A stretch of 64,000 nt of DNA from an uncultured Acidobacteriota bacterium (GCA_963777605.1 CAVZRV010000031.1:192001-256000), one strand, 5' to 3'; positions 1 through 10,608 are shown, counted from the first letter of the stretch. Notes: generated from the sequence alone by a model not told the origin. Program-made: numbers and translations.

Positions 1-168
1 GAGGAATTCCAGGCTGCAACCCAATTGTATATCGACCCCGAAGAATGTATCGACTGCGGGGCCTGCGTCCCGGAGTGTCCGGTAGAAGCCATCTTTCCCG
101 AAGACGAAGTTCCGGAACGCTGGGCCCACTATGTGGAGATTAACCGCGACCAGTTCGCGAAGAGATGA
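1..168 (+). CDS. 7Fe (FdxA-type) ferredoxin, 3' part only (runs off the window start)
   Basis: Frame 1 reads EEFQAATQLYIDPEECIDCGACVPECPVEAIFPEDEVPERW...*, with a CxxCxxCxxxCP motif; not in the ORF track. Confidence 0.9.
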   Translation, partial: EEFQAATQLYIDPEECIDCGACVPECPVEAIFPEDEVPERWAHYVEINRDQFAKR

Positions 169-263
169 CTCGCAGGAGCAGTCCATGAACTGCTTCATCA
201 CGATAGCGGATGGTCCCCTTCAAGGCCTCTGGGCCTGGCGAAGTACCGACAGGAGAAATGGGA

Positions 264-1247
264 ATGGACAGACGAGCGGCGTCTGGCGAAGTTTGGGCGA
301 TAGTTTTGGCAGGGGGAGAAGGACGCAGGATGTGTCCCTTTGTCGAGAAATGGCTGGGCCATGAACGGCCGAAGCAATATTGCTCCTTTTACGGATCGAA
401 ATCTCTTCTCGGTCACACGCTCGACAGGGCGTCGCGACTGGTGGGTGAAGATCGTGTAGTGACGGTCATCGGGAAAGGCCACGATGTCTTCCTGCGGGAA
501 GAAATCGATCTTCCAGGGCGCGTCCTGCAACAACCGGACGGAAAAGGAACGGGTCCGGGCGTTCTGTTGCCCTTGACTTACATCCATGCCAGAGACCCAA
601 ACGCACAAGTCATCATTCTTCCGTCGGATCATTTCATCCATCCGGAAATGGTCTTCTTTAAAAGGATCATGGAAGCGACGGAACTCCTCGACTGCGACGA
701 GAATCGTCTCGTCATTCTGGCAGCCGTGCCTCAGGGACCAGAACCGGAGTATGGCTGGATTGAGCCGGGCGGAGAACCGGACTGCACGCACCGTTCCATC
801 TCCATTCCCGCTCAGCAGGTTAAGAGCTTCGTGGAGAAACCGACGTCTAGCCAGGCTCGTCAGTGCTTTGATTGCGGCCATTTTTGGAGCACCATGATCG
901 TCGTATCCCGGGCTGGAACCCTCTGGTCGATCCTGGGCCAGTTGCAGCCAGAGGCGCTGAGACAATTTGAAAAGCTGCGCCAAGGCTTTCAGGCGATTCA
1001 GAACCGGCAATTTGCCCTCGGGGCCGAGGATATCCTGTTGAAAAAGGCATATTCGAATATGTTGAACTTCGATTTCTCGAGAGACGTCCTCATGCCGTCG
1101 GTCGACAAGTGCCTTTTCGTCCCCCTGGAAGGCGTGACATGGAGCGATCTCGGACGCCCGCAGAGAGTATTGGAGGTTCTGGAACAGACAGGAAACGAGC
1201 CCAATTTTCCCCGAGACCTTGTCCGTTTCCCGGAATTGCTGGCCTAA
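264..1247 (+). CDS. sugar-phosphate nucleotidyltransferase (mannose-1-phosphate guanylyltransferase-like)
   Basis: LAGGEGRR, RPKQY, LPSDH, EYGWI and WSDLG motifs; AGGAG RBS upstream of 264. Confidence 0.85.
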   Translation: MDRRAASGEVWAIVLAGGEGRRMCPFVEKWLGHERPKQYCSFYGSKSLLGHTLDRASRLVGEDRVVTVIGKGHDVFLREEIDLPGRVLQQPDGKGTGPGVLLPLTYIHARDPNAQVIILPSDHFIHPEMVFFKRIMEATELLDCDENRLVILAAVPQGPEPEYGWIEPGGEPDCTHRSISIPAQQVKSFVEKPTSSQARQCFDCGHFWSTMIVVSRAGTLWSILGQLQPEALRQFEKLRQGFQAIQNRQFALGAEDILLKKAYSNMLNFDFSRDVLMPSVDKCLFVPLEGVTWSDLGRPQRVLEVLEQTGNEPNFPRDLVRFPELLA

Positions 1248-1897
1248 GCAGTCGGCCCCGACCAAATCTTCGGCGTGGGAAAGCGTGAGAAATTTCACAC
1301 CTGGGCCATCAGCCTCACGTTAAAGGGGTCCGATCGTGTCCATCTAAGATTCCGAAAACGGAATTCAAGATCCCTGGATCGCGGCGCGCGAAACCCTACT
1401 GGCTGCCCAGCGTTTTGAGGTAGGCGACCAGTTCATTGAGTTCCTGCTCCGACATGCTCCACCGCGGCATCGCATCCTCCAGAGGGTTGCCGGCAGGATC
1501 GAGGCCCTGAGATTATGGCACGCTTCAGATAGAGCGTCGGTGTAGGGTGGATGATCGTCGTGGTGATGCTCACCGCCCTCTTCCCCGGAGTGGTGATGAT
1601 TCTAATTCTTTGGTGATTCATCCGTGCAGTCACGTCCACGCACGATTCAGACCGGCCGATCGGGGCCAGCGGGGCAATGACCCTGATCCGTTGTTGATTC
1701 CGACGATGTGCTGAGCGCTCCCCGACCCTTCCTGAATGTTTCTGGGCGAATCTGAATGAGACATTCTCGTCAGCCGTTGCAATTTTGCCTCGGTGCCACG
1801 CCCCGAATCTGGTGAGCGAGCGACCGGAGAACCGCATGTTCTTTGAGCACGGCTCGATTCGCGCAAATGGAACAGTTCTTGCCCCTAGGAGACAGTT

Positions 1898-2257
1898 ATG
1901 ATCTGGATGGGCCTGTTGATGACCGCACCGCTCTGGGGGATCGGTCTGTTTTTCTGGTTCTCGACGGCTACGGCGGTCCTCCTCTACGCGACCCTTCTAT
2001 GCGCCTCACTATTTCTGGACTGGTTGATGATGGGTGCCATGCATCTTCCGGTTCGCAGCGGAAAGAGGGGGATGCTCGGAGAATCGGCTCGGGTCCTTTC
2101 CTGGGAAGGTAACTCGGGAACGGTTCTGTGCGAGGGTGAAACTTGGAAAGCCCAATGTGTCGACAATCGACCTCTGCACGCTGACGACCCCGTCAAGGTC
2201 GAAAGAGTCTCCTCGATGAAATTGTTGGTCAGACCCTCCAAGAGATCACCGGACTGA
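1898..2257 (+). CDS. short NfeD-like protein (2 TM plus C-terminal OB fold)
   Basis: Hydrophobic N-terminus followed by G-x-V-x3-GETWKA...V-x-V, typical of the NfeD C-domain. Confidence 0.8.
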   Translation: MIWMGLLMTAPLWGIGLFFWFSTATAVLLYATLLCASLFLDWLMMGAMHLPVRSGKRGMLGESARVLSWEGNSGTVLCEGETWKAQCVDNRPLHADDPVKVERVSSMKLLVRPSKRSPD

Positions 2258-2507
2258 CACCAACAGGCTGCTACAAAAGATTCCCAGGCAACCCTCTTTT
2301 GTGCCTACTTCGACGGAAGTGTGATTCCCGGAAAATCGCACTTCTGGTGAGACCAACTCACTCCCGCCCGAAGGAACGGCGACCCCATATACTGTTTCAC
2401 TTCCAACACGCCGGCTGCATGAGTTGCCACACCCGAAGCGAGTCGCAGGATCATCTCTTCCTTTGCGCAGGCCGGCTTCGGTGCTTCACGCAAGTCCCCG
2501 TGATGTT

Positions 2508-2523
2508 CGGAACGATTATTGCT
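2508..2523 (+). promoter_or_regulatory. putative sigma-54 (-24/-12) promoter
   Basis: CGGAACGATTATTGCT has GG-N10-GC spacing with TTGC at -12 and lies upstream of the 2690 gene. Confidence 0.5.
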
Positions 2524-2689
2524 GCCTCACGATATTGTGTTTCCGCTTCATGCGATCCGGTTGATGCTTGACTGACGAGAGGCTTCCCAGGAATGACCCA
2601 TGCCGAGGAAGGCGTTATCCCCTCGATGGATCGTTAACGGCTTGCTTGTCGGACGGGAGATCGCGTTGGGTCACAGAGAGGAGTAACTT

Positions 2690-3031
2690 GTGATTAGGGA
2701 TTGGATCAACGTCATATTGGGTTTCTGGATGGCCGTATCTCCATGGATCCTTGGGTTGGATAGGCTGCGCTATCCCCACGTCGTATCAAACTGCCTTTTC
2801 ACAGGGATCTTGATTGGAATTCTATCCTTAATTGCCGCTTACCGCGAAGAACTGTGGCTCAGGCTGACCGTAATCGTCCTCGCGCTTTGGCTGCTGATTG
2901 CGCCGGCGACGCTTGCGTACACCGGCGCGGAATCGATGATCTGGAATAACGTAGTCACCTCCTTCTTCGTTACCGCGTTGTCGCTGTGGCGGTTGGAGGA
3001 ACTCTGGCTTCGGGGTCACGTAAGACGCTGA
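2690..3031 (+). CDS. SPW repeat-containing membrane protein
   Basis: DWINVILGFWMAVSPWILG and a second repeat LWLLIAPATL...WNN; GAGGAG RBS, GTG start. Confidence 0.85.
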   Translation: MIRDWINVILGFWMAVSPWILGLDRLRYPHVVSNCLFTGILIGILSLIAAYREELWLRLTVIVLALWLLIAPATLAYTGAESMIWNNVVTSFFVTALSLWRLEELWLRGHVRR

Positions 3032-3090
3032 CAATACTCAGTCAAGTTGGCCGTTCAAATTGTCCACTCATCGTTAGTGGGGAGGCAGAA

Positions 3091-3525
3091 ATGGATCGCG
3101 GCCTCTCGTTGCTACTGGTGGCACTGGTTGCATTCACACTGAACCTGACCTGGGAGGTACTTCACGCTCCCTTATATGCGGGGGTACGACCGATCCGAGA
3201 GCACCTGCCGCACCTGGTCATTGCGTCGGTTGGGGACGTCCTTCTCGTGATAATCCCCGTGATAGCGTTTGGTCTCTGGTATCGACGGATCTGGTGGTTC
3301 AAAAAGCTGACCCGCCCCCGCATCGCAGCCTTCGTGGCCGTGTCAGCGATCGTGAGCGCGACGAACGAGTCAATTAATCTGCTGCTCCTCCACCGCTGGG
3401 AATACACCGCCCAAATGCCCACTCTTCCCGTTATTCCGATCGGTGTTTCGCCCCTGTTGCAACTAACCGTGACGCCTCTTCTGTCATTGCTCATCGCAAA
3501 CCTGATTCTCAGGAGTCGTCACTGA
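3091..3525 (+). CDS. hypothetical integral membrane protein (about 4 TM)
   Basis: GGAGG RBS; NLTWEVLHAPLY and WEYT-x2-MP...IGVSPLLQ segments look conserved. Confidence 0.7.
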   Translation: MDRGLSLLLVALVAFTLNLTWEVLHAPLYAGVRPIREHLPHLVIASVGDVLLVIIPVIAFGLWYRRIWWFKKLTRPRIAAFVAVSAIVSATNESINLLLLHRWEYTAQMPTLPVIPIGVSPLLQLTVTPLLSLLIANLILRSRH

Positions 3526-3692
3526 ATGCGATCGGCGATGTGGACCGTTTTCTTCCGATCAGGAGTTCCCTTTACGTATTTCTGCGCAGGGTCGTAAAGC
3601 TCCCTGGGTCCCAGGTCTGCGGTCGGGATGTCGATCCAACTCGGTGGAATCGGGACATGAGGGCGCATAGACTGTCAGAAAGGAGTACTGAA

Positions 3693-3953
3693 ATGGAAAT
3701 CATTCTCGCTGCAACGCGCACTTGTCATCATCGCCCGATCCTTGAGAGCGAATTCAAGAAGAATGGAGTGTCCTATCAAGTCCGATACTTCGAGGATCAC
3801 CCTGAGATGGTCGAGAGTCTGGGCTATAAGGAGTCGCCGGTTGTCATCGTTGACGGCGAGGTTCGTTTCCGGGGCATGCCTGAGATCACGGAACTTCATC
3901 GGTTTGTCGAGGAACTGAATGAGGATGAAGACAGAAGCAAACCAGTCCGATAA
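3693..3953 (+). CDS. small thioredoxin/glutaredoxin-fold protein with a single Cys
   Basis: AGGAG RBS; TCHHR in place of CxxC; SPVVIVDGEVRFRGMP cis-Pro loop. Confidence 0.7.
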   Translation: MEIILAATRTCHHRPILESEFKKNGVSYQVRYFEDHPEMVESLGYKESPVVIVDGEVRFRGMPEITELHRFVEELNEDEDRSKPVR

Positions 3954-4022
3954 CGACCCTTGAAGGTGCTTCGTGCTTCGAATGTCGTAATGGCTCTGAC
4001 GGTTCGCTCGTTGAATCCTCGT

Positions 4023-4252
4023 CTACGAATCAGCGCGGAGTTCGAACGCCGCGAGTGGCCCGTCAGGCCTGTGCTGCATGAGTTTGACCAGACTGCCTTT
4101 CAAGCTGTCGACACGAACGATTCGCAGACCGGACCGCTCGACGTTTTTCACTGTCTGGCGATTGATGTTCGCCCCCGAAAAACCCACGACGAGCGGGTTG
4201 GCCAGGTCCATCAGTCGACTATCACAGGCCTGTCGATGCGGACGTGTTCCAT
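4023..4252 (-). pseudogene. C-terminal remnant of a class I SAM-dependent methyltransferase
   Basis: EHVRIDRPVI[frameshift]LMDLANPLVVGFSGANINRQTVKNVERSGL resembles type-11 methyltransferase C-termini; SAM-binding N-terminus absent. Confidence 0.55.
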
Positions 4253-4468
4253 CCCATGGTTTAACAGATGACTCTTTGGATCACCAATATCGCTGCGGCA
4301 TCGGCAGTGGCTAAATAACTCCGAGATAGGCCTGCCAAATCGAACGGCCGCCAAGCGGAACCATTCCCTGGAGAGCTTGCCGTTGCTGAGGAAATCAGCC
4401 GCGGATGGAATCCCCTTCCCCAAACTCAACGCACACTGGTGCGAGGAAGTGCGCGACCGATTCCTGAG

Positions 4469-5268
4469 TTAGCGAGCCGTCCCGTAGATCAGCCAAATCG
4501 CAATTGCGACTAACAAGAGCGCGAAATACTTCTTCAGTTTCGATTGGTCGGCCTTGACGGCGAAGCGCGGACCGATCTGGGAGCCGACGAACACTCCGCC
4601 GCAAGGACTGCCGTGAGCAGCCAGTCAAAATGGCCGCGCAACACGTGACCTACGAACCCGGTTAGCGCCGTCACGCGGATCATGAGTGAGGAGCTGCCGA
4701 TCGCAATAGTCATCGGCACTCCACACAGGACGACGACGGCCGGGACTTTGATTAGGCCGCCGCCGACTCCCAGCATCCCGGCCACGAATCCGGCCGCGAG
4801 CATCAGGGGAACCATAGCGAGGATGTTGATGATGTACGGCTGTGAAACCCCGGTTCGATGCCACAACCACCAGTGCTTCGCTCCGAAGTCTCTCTCTGCA
4901 ACCCTCTGCGGCGGATCGAACAGGTACCAGGCGCCCACCAGAAGCACCGCAGCGAAGCAGCCTTTGGCAAAAGCAGGAGGAATGTAGAGGGACAGGTAGC
5001 CGCCCAGGAAAGCACCGATGTTGGTGGGGGGCTCAATCAAGAGAACGAGTTTCCAGTCCACTGTCCTGGCCTTGGCGAAGACCAGCATCGATGAAAAGGA
5101 CACCACCATGATCAGAACCTGGCTGGTCGTCGCCGCGACGTAAATCGGCACGGAGAGTGCCAACAGCATCGGAACGTAGAAGGCCCCGCCACCCTGGCCG
5201 AACATGGAGAAGATGGCGGAGACGATCAAAAACATGAAGAACAGGAGAATCAGTGTTTCAACCGGCAT
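4469..5268 (-). CDS. sulfite exporter TauE/SafE family membrane protein (1-nt frameshift near 4597)
   Basis: GQGGG..VP and GVGGG..VP repeats; the shifted frame continues GVFVGSQIGPRFAVKADQSKLKKYFALLLVAIAIWLIYGTAR* to 4469. Confidence 0.85.
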
Positions 5269-5340
5269 TTCATCTGTCCTCTTGTTTTCCGGAAGGTCGG
5301 CCCAGCTGACTCAGGAATATGTCCGCCCGTGTCCCAAGAT

Positions 5341-5949
5341 TCAGTCCGGGTAGCCAGAACAAGGAATGCAGACCAGTTGACCGTCTTCGGTAACGCGCAG
5401 CTTGTTCACGAAAGTCAGCTCGCCGCAGGCGGTACAGCGCTTCGCGGCGAAACTTGCCTTCCCCTTGTGGACCTCCACCTGATGCACGGTGCCGATGTCG
5501 AGGAAGTCGTCTTCGTCCAAGGTGAGAATTCGATCGACAAGCGGATCGGCAATCTCCGGCTCGATGCTCTGCGGTGGGATTCCCGCCTTGCGCTTCTGTA
5601 CGAACGGTGAGGCAAGTGCCTTCTCAAAGAAATCCGGCTTCAGCGAGACGCGCACGGCCCGACCGCTCTGTTGATCGATCAACGTGAAGGCCATCTTGTT
5701 TACGTAGCGCTTCTCGATGTTCGATTTCCCATACGTGCATCCTGTTGCGGTCATGATTCCGTCGAGAAAGCAACCCGCCGCGTGCCCTTTTCCAGTTTCC
5801 GAGATGACGAACAGTTCCTTGTCCTGTGCCCGGGCTACCCCGAGGATCCTCATTGCCGCCAAACCGGCGCGCAGTCCCATCGGCATGGCCGGGCATTTGT
5901 GTCCGTGAAACGCCATGCCGAGTTCGAACAGTGCGTTAAGGTCATTCAT
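5341..5949 (-). CDS. FmdE family protein with C-terminal TraR/DksA-type zinc finger
   Basis: FHGHKCP, CFLDG..TGCT.GK, C-terminal CTACGE...CIPC. Confidence 0.9.
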   Translation of the reverse strand: MNDLNALFELGMAFHGHKCPAMPMGLRAGLAAMRILGVARAQDKELFVISETGKGHAAGCFLDGIMTATGCTYGKSNIEKRYVNKMAFTLIDQQSGRAVRVSLKPDFFEKALASPFVQKRKAGIPPQSIEPEIADPLVDRILTLDEDDFLDIGTVHQVEVHKGKASFAAKRCTACGELTFVNKLRVTEDGQLVCIPCSGYPD

Positions 5950-6005
5950 AATGTGGACTCCTTCTTGTGGCATTCGAAAATCCTCTCCCCGTTCGATTCC
6001 GGGAA

Positions 6006-6440
6006 TCATTTGTTTTCCAGGTTCCGGCGGATTCGGGTCAGCGTCCGAATCGCCGATTCAAGCTCGTCCGGCGGCAATCCCCGGTAGGCTTCTTCGAGAA
6101 GCTCCGGGCATGTTTTGAGAGTTGCCCAAAGTCTTCAGAGCTTCTTCGGTAGGCGAGACCACCTTTACGCGTCGGTCTCCGGAAACTGGACCTCTTGTCA
6201 CCCAGCCGTCCCGCTCCATTCGATCGACCAGTCGTACTGTGGAAGAGGCCGTAATTCCGAGTTGAGACGCCAACTCCGACCGGGTCATGGGTCCCAGTCC
6301 GAGGAGATGAGCAAGTGCCACAGACTGCACGCGGCTGGCACCCGTGCCGTTCAGCTTTCACTCCAGTGCCAACGCGAAAGCTCGGAAAGTCACGGAGCAC
6401 TGAAAGCCGATGCTGTCTCCGGGTTAAACGTCCTACTCAG
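6006..6440 (-). pseudogene. MarR family transcriptional regulator, disrupted
   Basis: DSIGFQCSVTFRAF...LE*KL (in-frame TGA at about 6358-6360)...ELASQLGITASSTVRLVDRMERDGWV...DRRVKVV; additional frameshifts near 6420 and 6115; no clear start. Confidence 0.75.
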
Positions 6441-6613
6441 ATATGATATTGATGCGCATACTAACGAGTAAATTGCACGTCAACTGAGCCGCGCGGAGTG
6501 CCGTCAACTGCCAATCTGGCAGGGGAAAGGCTGCTCGGGGAACCAACCGAACGGATTTGGGGTTCCGCCAGTGCAAGACAGTCATCCGAAGGCTTGTGGC
6601 GATGGATCGCTCC

Positions 6614-6629
6614 ATGGTAATATTGCCAT
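6614..6629. promoter_or_regulatory. palindromic operator, probable ArsR site 1
   Basis: ATGGTAATATTGCCAT immediately upstream of the arsR start. Confidence 0.65.
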
Positions 6630-6635
6630 CTGGAA

Positions 6636-6956
6636 ATGAAAAAGTTGCCGCAACAGTACGAAGCAAGAGCCAAAATCGCCCGCGCCCTCGCTCACCCCAC
6701 GCGCCTGCTGATCCTCGATGCATTGAGCGAACGAGATCTGTGCGTGGGCGAGATGACCGAACTCGTCGGATCGGATCAGTCGACGGTCTCGAAGCATTTG
6801 GCGATTCTCAAAGAGGCAGGCTTTCTCCGAATGGAGAAGCAGGGTGCCATGAACTACTACTCGATCCGGTGCCAGTGCCTGGACCAGTTCTTCGGCTGCA
6901 TTGAATCGGTCCTGATCCAGAACCTTCGCGAGCAGCAGGAACTGGTTCAGTTGTGA
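6636..6956 (+). CDS. arsR: ArsR/SmtB family metalloregulator
   Basis: ALAHPTRL.IL, LCVGEM, QSTVSKHL..LK.AG; extra C-terminal cysteines CQC...GC; heads the ars cluster. Confidence 0.9.
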   Translation: MKKLPQQYEARAKIARALAHPTRLLILDALSERDLCVGEMTELVGSDQSTVSKHLAILKEAGFLRMEKQGAMNYYSIRCQCLDQFFGCIESVLIQNLREQQELVQL

Positions 6957-6984
6957 AGCAGGCTTCTTTTTGTTTGGACAGAAC

Positions 6985-7000
6985 ATGGCGATATGGCCAT
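6985..7000. promoter_or_regulatory. palindromic operator, probable ArsR site 2
   Basis: ATGGCGATATGGCCAT matches the 6614 palindrome; lies between arsR and the permease gene. Confidence 0.6.
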
Positions 7001-7020
7001 GGGTCGATCTGAAAGCAAAC

Positions 7021-8340
7021 ATGAGAGAATTCAAGATCTTCAGCGCGTTCGCGGGAATCTTCCTGGTCGCCTACTTCCTGCCCCTGTCGAATCCCAACAT
7101 CCAGGCCGCAATCCTGGAAGCTTTCCGGATGCTGCAGTGGTATGCCCGGAACCACACGCTGGCCTGCGTTGTGCCGGCACTCTTCATTGCAGGGGCGATC
7201 ACGACCTTCTTGTCCAAAGAGGCTGTGCTCAAGCACTTGGGACCGAAGGCACGCAAGGTGGAGGCGTACTCGGTGGCCTCCATTTCCGGAACCATTCTGG
7301 CCGTCTGTTCCTGCAGCGTACTGCCGATGTTCACCGGCATCTACCGGGTCGGGGCCGGCCTGGGACCAGCCTCAGCTTTCCTCTACTCCGGGCCTGCACT
7401 GAATATCCTGGCAATCTTTCTCACGGCCCGGGTCCTCGGGTTCCAACTCGGGCTCTGGCGTGCCATCGGAGCGATCGTTTTTGGAATCCTGCTCGGCCTG
7501 ATCATGGCCGCGCTGTTCCGCAAGGAGGAGAAGGAGCGGGAAGCAGCGACCATGCAACTCCCGGATCCGCCCCAGCCGCGACGAAAGCTCTGGCAGACAG
7601 CGCTCTACTTTGCGGCCATGATGGCGTTCCTGGTCTTTAGCGACTGGTACAACCCCGGAAACGTCACGGTTCAACTTAACGACGGAACCCAACTTCCGGG
7701 AGTGATGCTGCAGGAAACCCGCAACGATATCGTTCTCCAGCTCGAAGCAGCCGCGGCTTCCTACTCGGCCGGGGACAAGATTACGCTCCTGAAAGAAAAC
7801 GTCCAGTCCGTTCAGGAACAGGACAACTGGGTCATGGACATCTATCACGCCAAGTGGCTCCTCGCCGGCTTGATGGGCCTGGCAGTCCTGGCGATGGTCT
7901 GGCGCTGGTTCAATCGCGACGAGATCAACGAGTGGATGGCGAACACCTGGGATTTCACCAAGCTGCTGGTCCCGCTCCTGTTCGGAGGAGTGTTCATTGT
8001 TGGATTTCTGGGCCAACTGCTCCCCGACCAGCAGGTCGCGGCATGGGTGGGAGACAACGGTATCCTCTCCGTATTGGCCGCTTCCGTTGTCGGTTGTCTT
8101 TTCTACTTTGCCACGCTGACCGAGATCCCGATTCTCCAGTCACTGATCGAGCACGGCATGGCTCAAGGTCCGGCGCTGGCCTTGCTCCTCGCCGGGCCGG
8201 CCCTGTCGCTGCCGAGCATCCTGGTGATCCGTTCGGTCCTGGGAATCAAGAAGACCGCAGTATTTACCGCGCTCGTGATCGTCATGGCGACGGCTGCCGG
8301 GTTGATCTACGGGCTCCTTACAGATGGGGGATTGATATGA
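7021..8340 (+). CDS. DUF318/ArsP-like permease
   Basis: AVCSCSVLPMF, FLYSGPA, YFATLTEIP, LLAGPALSLPS motifs; multiple TM segments. Confidence 0.85.
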   Translation: MREFKIFSAFAGIFLVAYFLPLSNPNIQAAILEAFRMLQWYARNHTLACVVPALFIAGAITTFLSKEAVLKHLGPKARKVEAYSVASISGTILAVCSCSVLPMFTGIYRVGAGLGPASAFLYSGPALNILAIFLTARVLGFQLGLWRAIGAIVFGILLGLIMAALFRKEEKEREAATMQLPDPPQPRRKLWQTALYFAAMMAFLVFSDWYNPGNVTVQLNDGTQLPGVMLQETRNDIVLQLEAAAASYSAGDKITLLKENVQSVQEQDNWVMDIYHAKWLLAGLMGLAVLAMVWRWFNRDEINEWMANTWDFTKLLVPLLFGGVFIVGFLGQLLPDQQVAAWVGDNGILSVLAASVVGCLFYFATLTEIPILQSLIEHGMAQGPALALLLAGPALSLPSILVIRSVLGIKKTAVFTALVIVMATAAGLIYGLLTDGGLI

Positions 8341-8576
8341 AGATCGAAGTTCTGGGCCCGGGCTGCGCCAAATGCAAAACCCTGGCCGCTAATGCGGAGA
8401 ATGCAGTCGCCGAACTCGGACTCGACTGTGAGATTGAGAAAGTGACGTCGATCGACGAGATCGTGAAACGCGGAGTCCTGTTGACCCCTGCGCTGTCCAT
8501 CGACGGTAAGGTCCGGCTGGTGGGGAAGCCCTCATCGGTTGCCGAGATCAAGAACCTGCTGTCGGCCGAGGCATGA
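8337..8576 (+). CDS. small redox-active disulfide protein (thioredoxin-like, MTH895/TM0996 type)
   Basis: MKIEVLGPGCAKC...TPALSIDG; ATGA overlap with the permease stop. Confidence 0.9.
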   Translation: MKIEVLGPGCAKCKTLAANAENAVAELGLDCEIEKVTSIDEIVKRGVLLTPALSIDGKVRLVGKPSSVAEIKNLLSAEA

Positions 8577-8627
8577 GGCCCCAGATGGAAACTCCGATAG
8601 CTTATCGGGGTTCGGAGGAAGCGATCG

Positions 8628-9446
8628 ATGTCGAAGGAGATTGGGCTCAAGAAACAGATCCAATCGAGTTACGGGAAACGGGCTCTGGAAGTCATTAATC
8701 AGGAATCCAGCTCCTGCTGCTGCGGCGACTCGAGCTGCGATCCGATCACCTCGGATCTGTACGATGCTCCCGAACAAGGCCTTGTGCCCGAGAAGGCCTT
8801 CCTGGCCTCGCTCGGATGCGGGAACCCCACGGCTCTTGCCGATCTCCAACCCGGAGAGACAGTTCTCGACCTGGGCAGTGGAGGCGGAATCGACGTCTTT
8901 CTGTCTGGGCGTCGGGTGGGACCCACCGGGAAGGCCTACGGCCTCGACATGACGGACGAGATGCTCGCATTGGCCCGGGACAACCAGAAGGCAGCCGGGG
9001 TTGACAACGTCGAGTTCCTGAAAGGCGAGATGGAAGACATTCCACTTCCGGACGGCTCCGTCGACGTGATCATCTCCAACTGCGTGATCAACCTGTCGGC
9101 CGACAAGGGCCGGGTGTTCCGGGAAGCCTTTCGCGTCCTGAGGCCCGGAGGACGAGTGACGGTCTCCGACGTCGTGGTTCGCGGCGCGATACCGGACGAG
9201 ATTAGACGAAACGTCGAGCTCTGGATCGGTTGCGTAGCGGGTGCGCTGGAGGAAACCGAGTACCGGGAGAAGCTCGAAGCCGCCGGGTTCGAGCAATTCA
9301 GCCTGGAACCGACCCGGATTTACCGGGTGGACGATGCCCGTGAGTTCCTGGCAGAACAGGGCATCGACGTCGATCCAATCGCCGATCTGATCGACGGCAA
9401 GTTCATGAGTGCCGTGGTTCGCGCCAGAAAGCCTGCCGAAGCTTGA
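8628..9446 (+). CDS. arsM: arsenite S-adenosylmethionine methyltransferase
   Basis: [34 protein letters not shown]; conserved Cys set; ars context. Confidence 0.92.
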   Translation: MSKEIGLKKQIQSSYGKRALEVINQESSSCCCGDSSCDPITSDLYDAPEQGLVPEKAFLASLGCGNPTALADLQPGETVLDLGSGGGIDVFLSGRRVGPTGKAYGLDMTDEMLALARDNQKAAGVDNVEFLKGEMEDIPLPDGSVDVIISNCVINLSADKGRVFREAFRVLRPGGRVTVSDVVVRGAIPDEIRRNVELWIGCVAGALEETEYREKLEAAGFEQFSLEPTRIYRVDDAREFLAEQGIDVDPIADLIDGKFMSAVVRARKPAEA

Positions 9447-9474
9447 ACGGGGAATAGAAGGGGTACGTTCGATC

Positions 9475-10608
9475 GTGAACGAACAAACAACGGAACAAAT
9501 TCACCCGAAGTCTCAAGAAATGATGCCGCCCGACCACCCGAAACCGCGGGTAGTTCGCCATCTTTCTTTTCTGGACCGCTTTCTGACGCTTTGGATCTTT
9601 CTGGCCATGGCGGCCGGCGTTGCAATTGGCTACTTCGTCTCCGGCGTAGAGGGCTTCCTGGATCAATTTCGGGTCGGAACCACCAACCTTCCCATCGCCG
9701 CCGGCCTGATCCTGATGATGTATCCACCTCTGGCCAAGGTGCGCTATGAGGAACTGGGCGATGTCTTCCGCAATCGCAAGATCCTGGGCCTGTCTCTCAT
9801 CCAGAACTGGCTGATCGGTCCAGTTCTGATGTTCGTTCTGGCGGTTGTCTTCTTGCGAGGTTACCCCGAGTACATGGTGGGACTGATCCTGATCGGCCTC
9901 GCGCGCTGCATCGCGATGGTGATCGTCTGGAATGAGCTTGCGAAGGGCGACACGGAGTACTGCGCAGGACTAGTCGCCTTCAACAGTCTGTTCCAGGTGC
10001 TGTTCTACAGCGTCTACGCCTGGTTCTTCATCACCTGGCTTCCTCCCCTGCTCGGTTTGAAAGGAGTGGTGGTCGACATCACGATGAGCCAGATTGCGGA
10101 GAGCGTTTTCATCTACCTCGGCATCCCCTTCCTGGCAGGCATCCTCACTCGCTTTCTGCTGGTAAGGGCACGCGGAAAAAACTGGTATCACGAGGTCTTT
10201 ATTCCCAGAATCAGCCCTATCACCTTAATCGCGCTTCTGTTCACGATCGTGGTCATGTTCAGCCTCAAGGGCGGTCTGGTCGTGCAGATCCCGTTGGATG
10301 TCCTGCGCATCGCTGTTCCGCTGCTGATCTATTTCATCCTGATGTTCCTGGTGAGTTTCTGGCTGGGCAAGAAGGTGGGTGCAGACTACTCGAAGTCGGC
10401 AACGCTGTCGTTTACCGCCGCCAGCAACAATTTCGAACTGGCCATTGCGGTGGCTGTTTCGGTATTCGGAATCAACTCGGGGGCCGCTTTCGCAGCGGTC
10501 ATCGGCCCGCTGGTTGAAGTCCCCGTCTTGATCGGCCTCGTCAGCGTCGCGTTCTGGCTGCAGCGCCGCTGGTATAGCAATGAACTGGTTGAGCCGGAGG
10601 GCGTGTGA
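9475..10608 (+). CDS. acr3: ACR3 family arsenite efflux transporter
   Basis: [50 protein letters not shown]; start approximate. Confidence 0.95.
   Translation: MNEQTTEQIHPKSQEMMPPDHPKPRVVRHLSFLDRFLTLWIFLAMAAGVAIGYFVSGVEGFLDQFRVGTTNLPIAAGLILMMYPPLAKVRYEELGDVFRNRKILGLSLIQNWLIGPVLMFVLAVVFLRGYPEYMVGLILIGLARCIAMVIVWNELAKGDTEYCAGLVAFNSLFQVLFYSVYAWFFITWLPPLLGLKGVVVDITMSQIAESVFIYLGIPFLAGILTRFLLVRARGKNWYHEVFIPRISPITLIALLFTIVVMFSLKGGLVVQIPLDVLRIAVPLLIYFILMFLVSFWLGKKVGADYSKSATLSFTAASNNFELAIAVAVSVFGINSGAAFAAVIGPLVEVPVLIGLVSVAFWLQRRWYSNELVEPEGV

Noticed and set aside
6358-6360. In-frame TGA in marR as possible selenocysteine
   Set aside because: Not a catalytic Cys position, no evident SECIS, and the gene has other lesions; a CGA-to-TGA change is simpler
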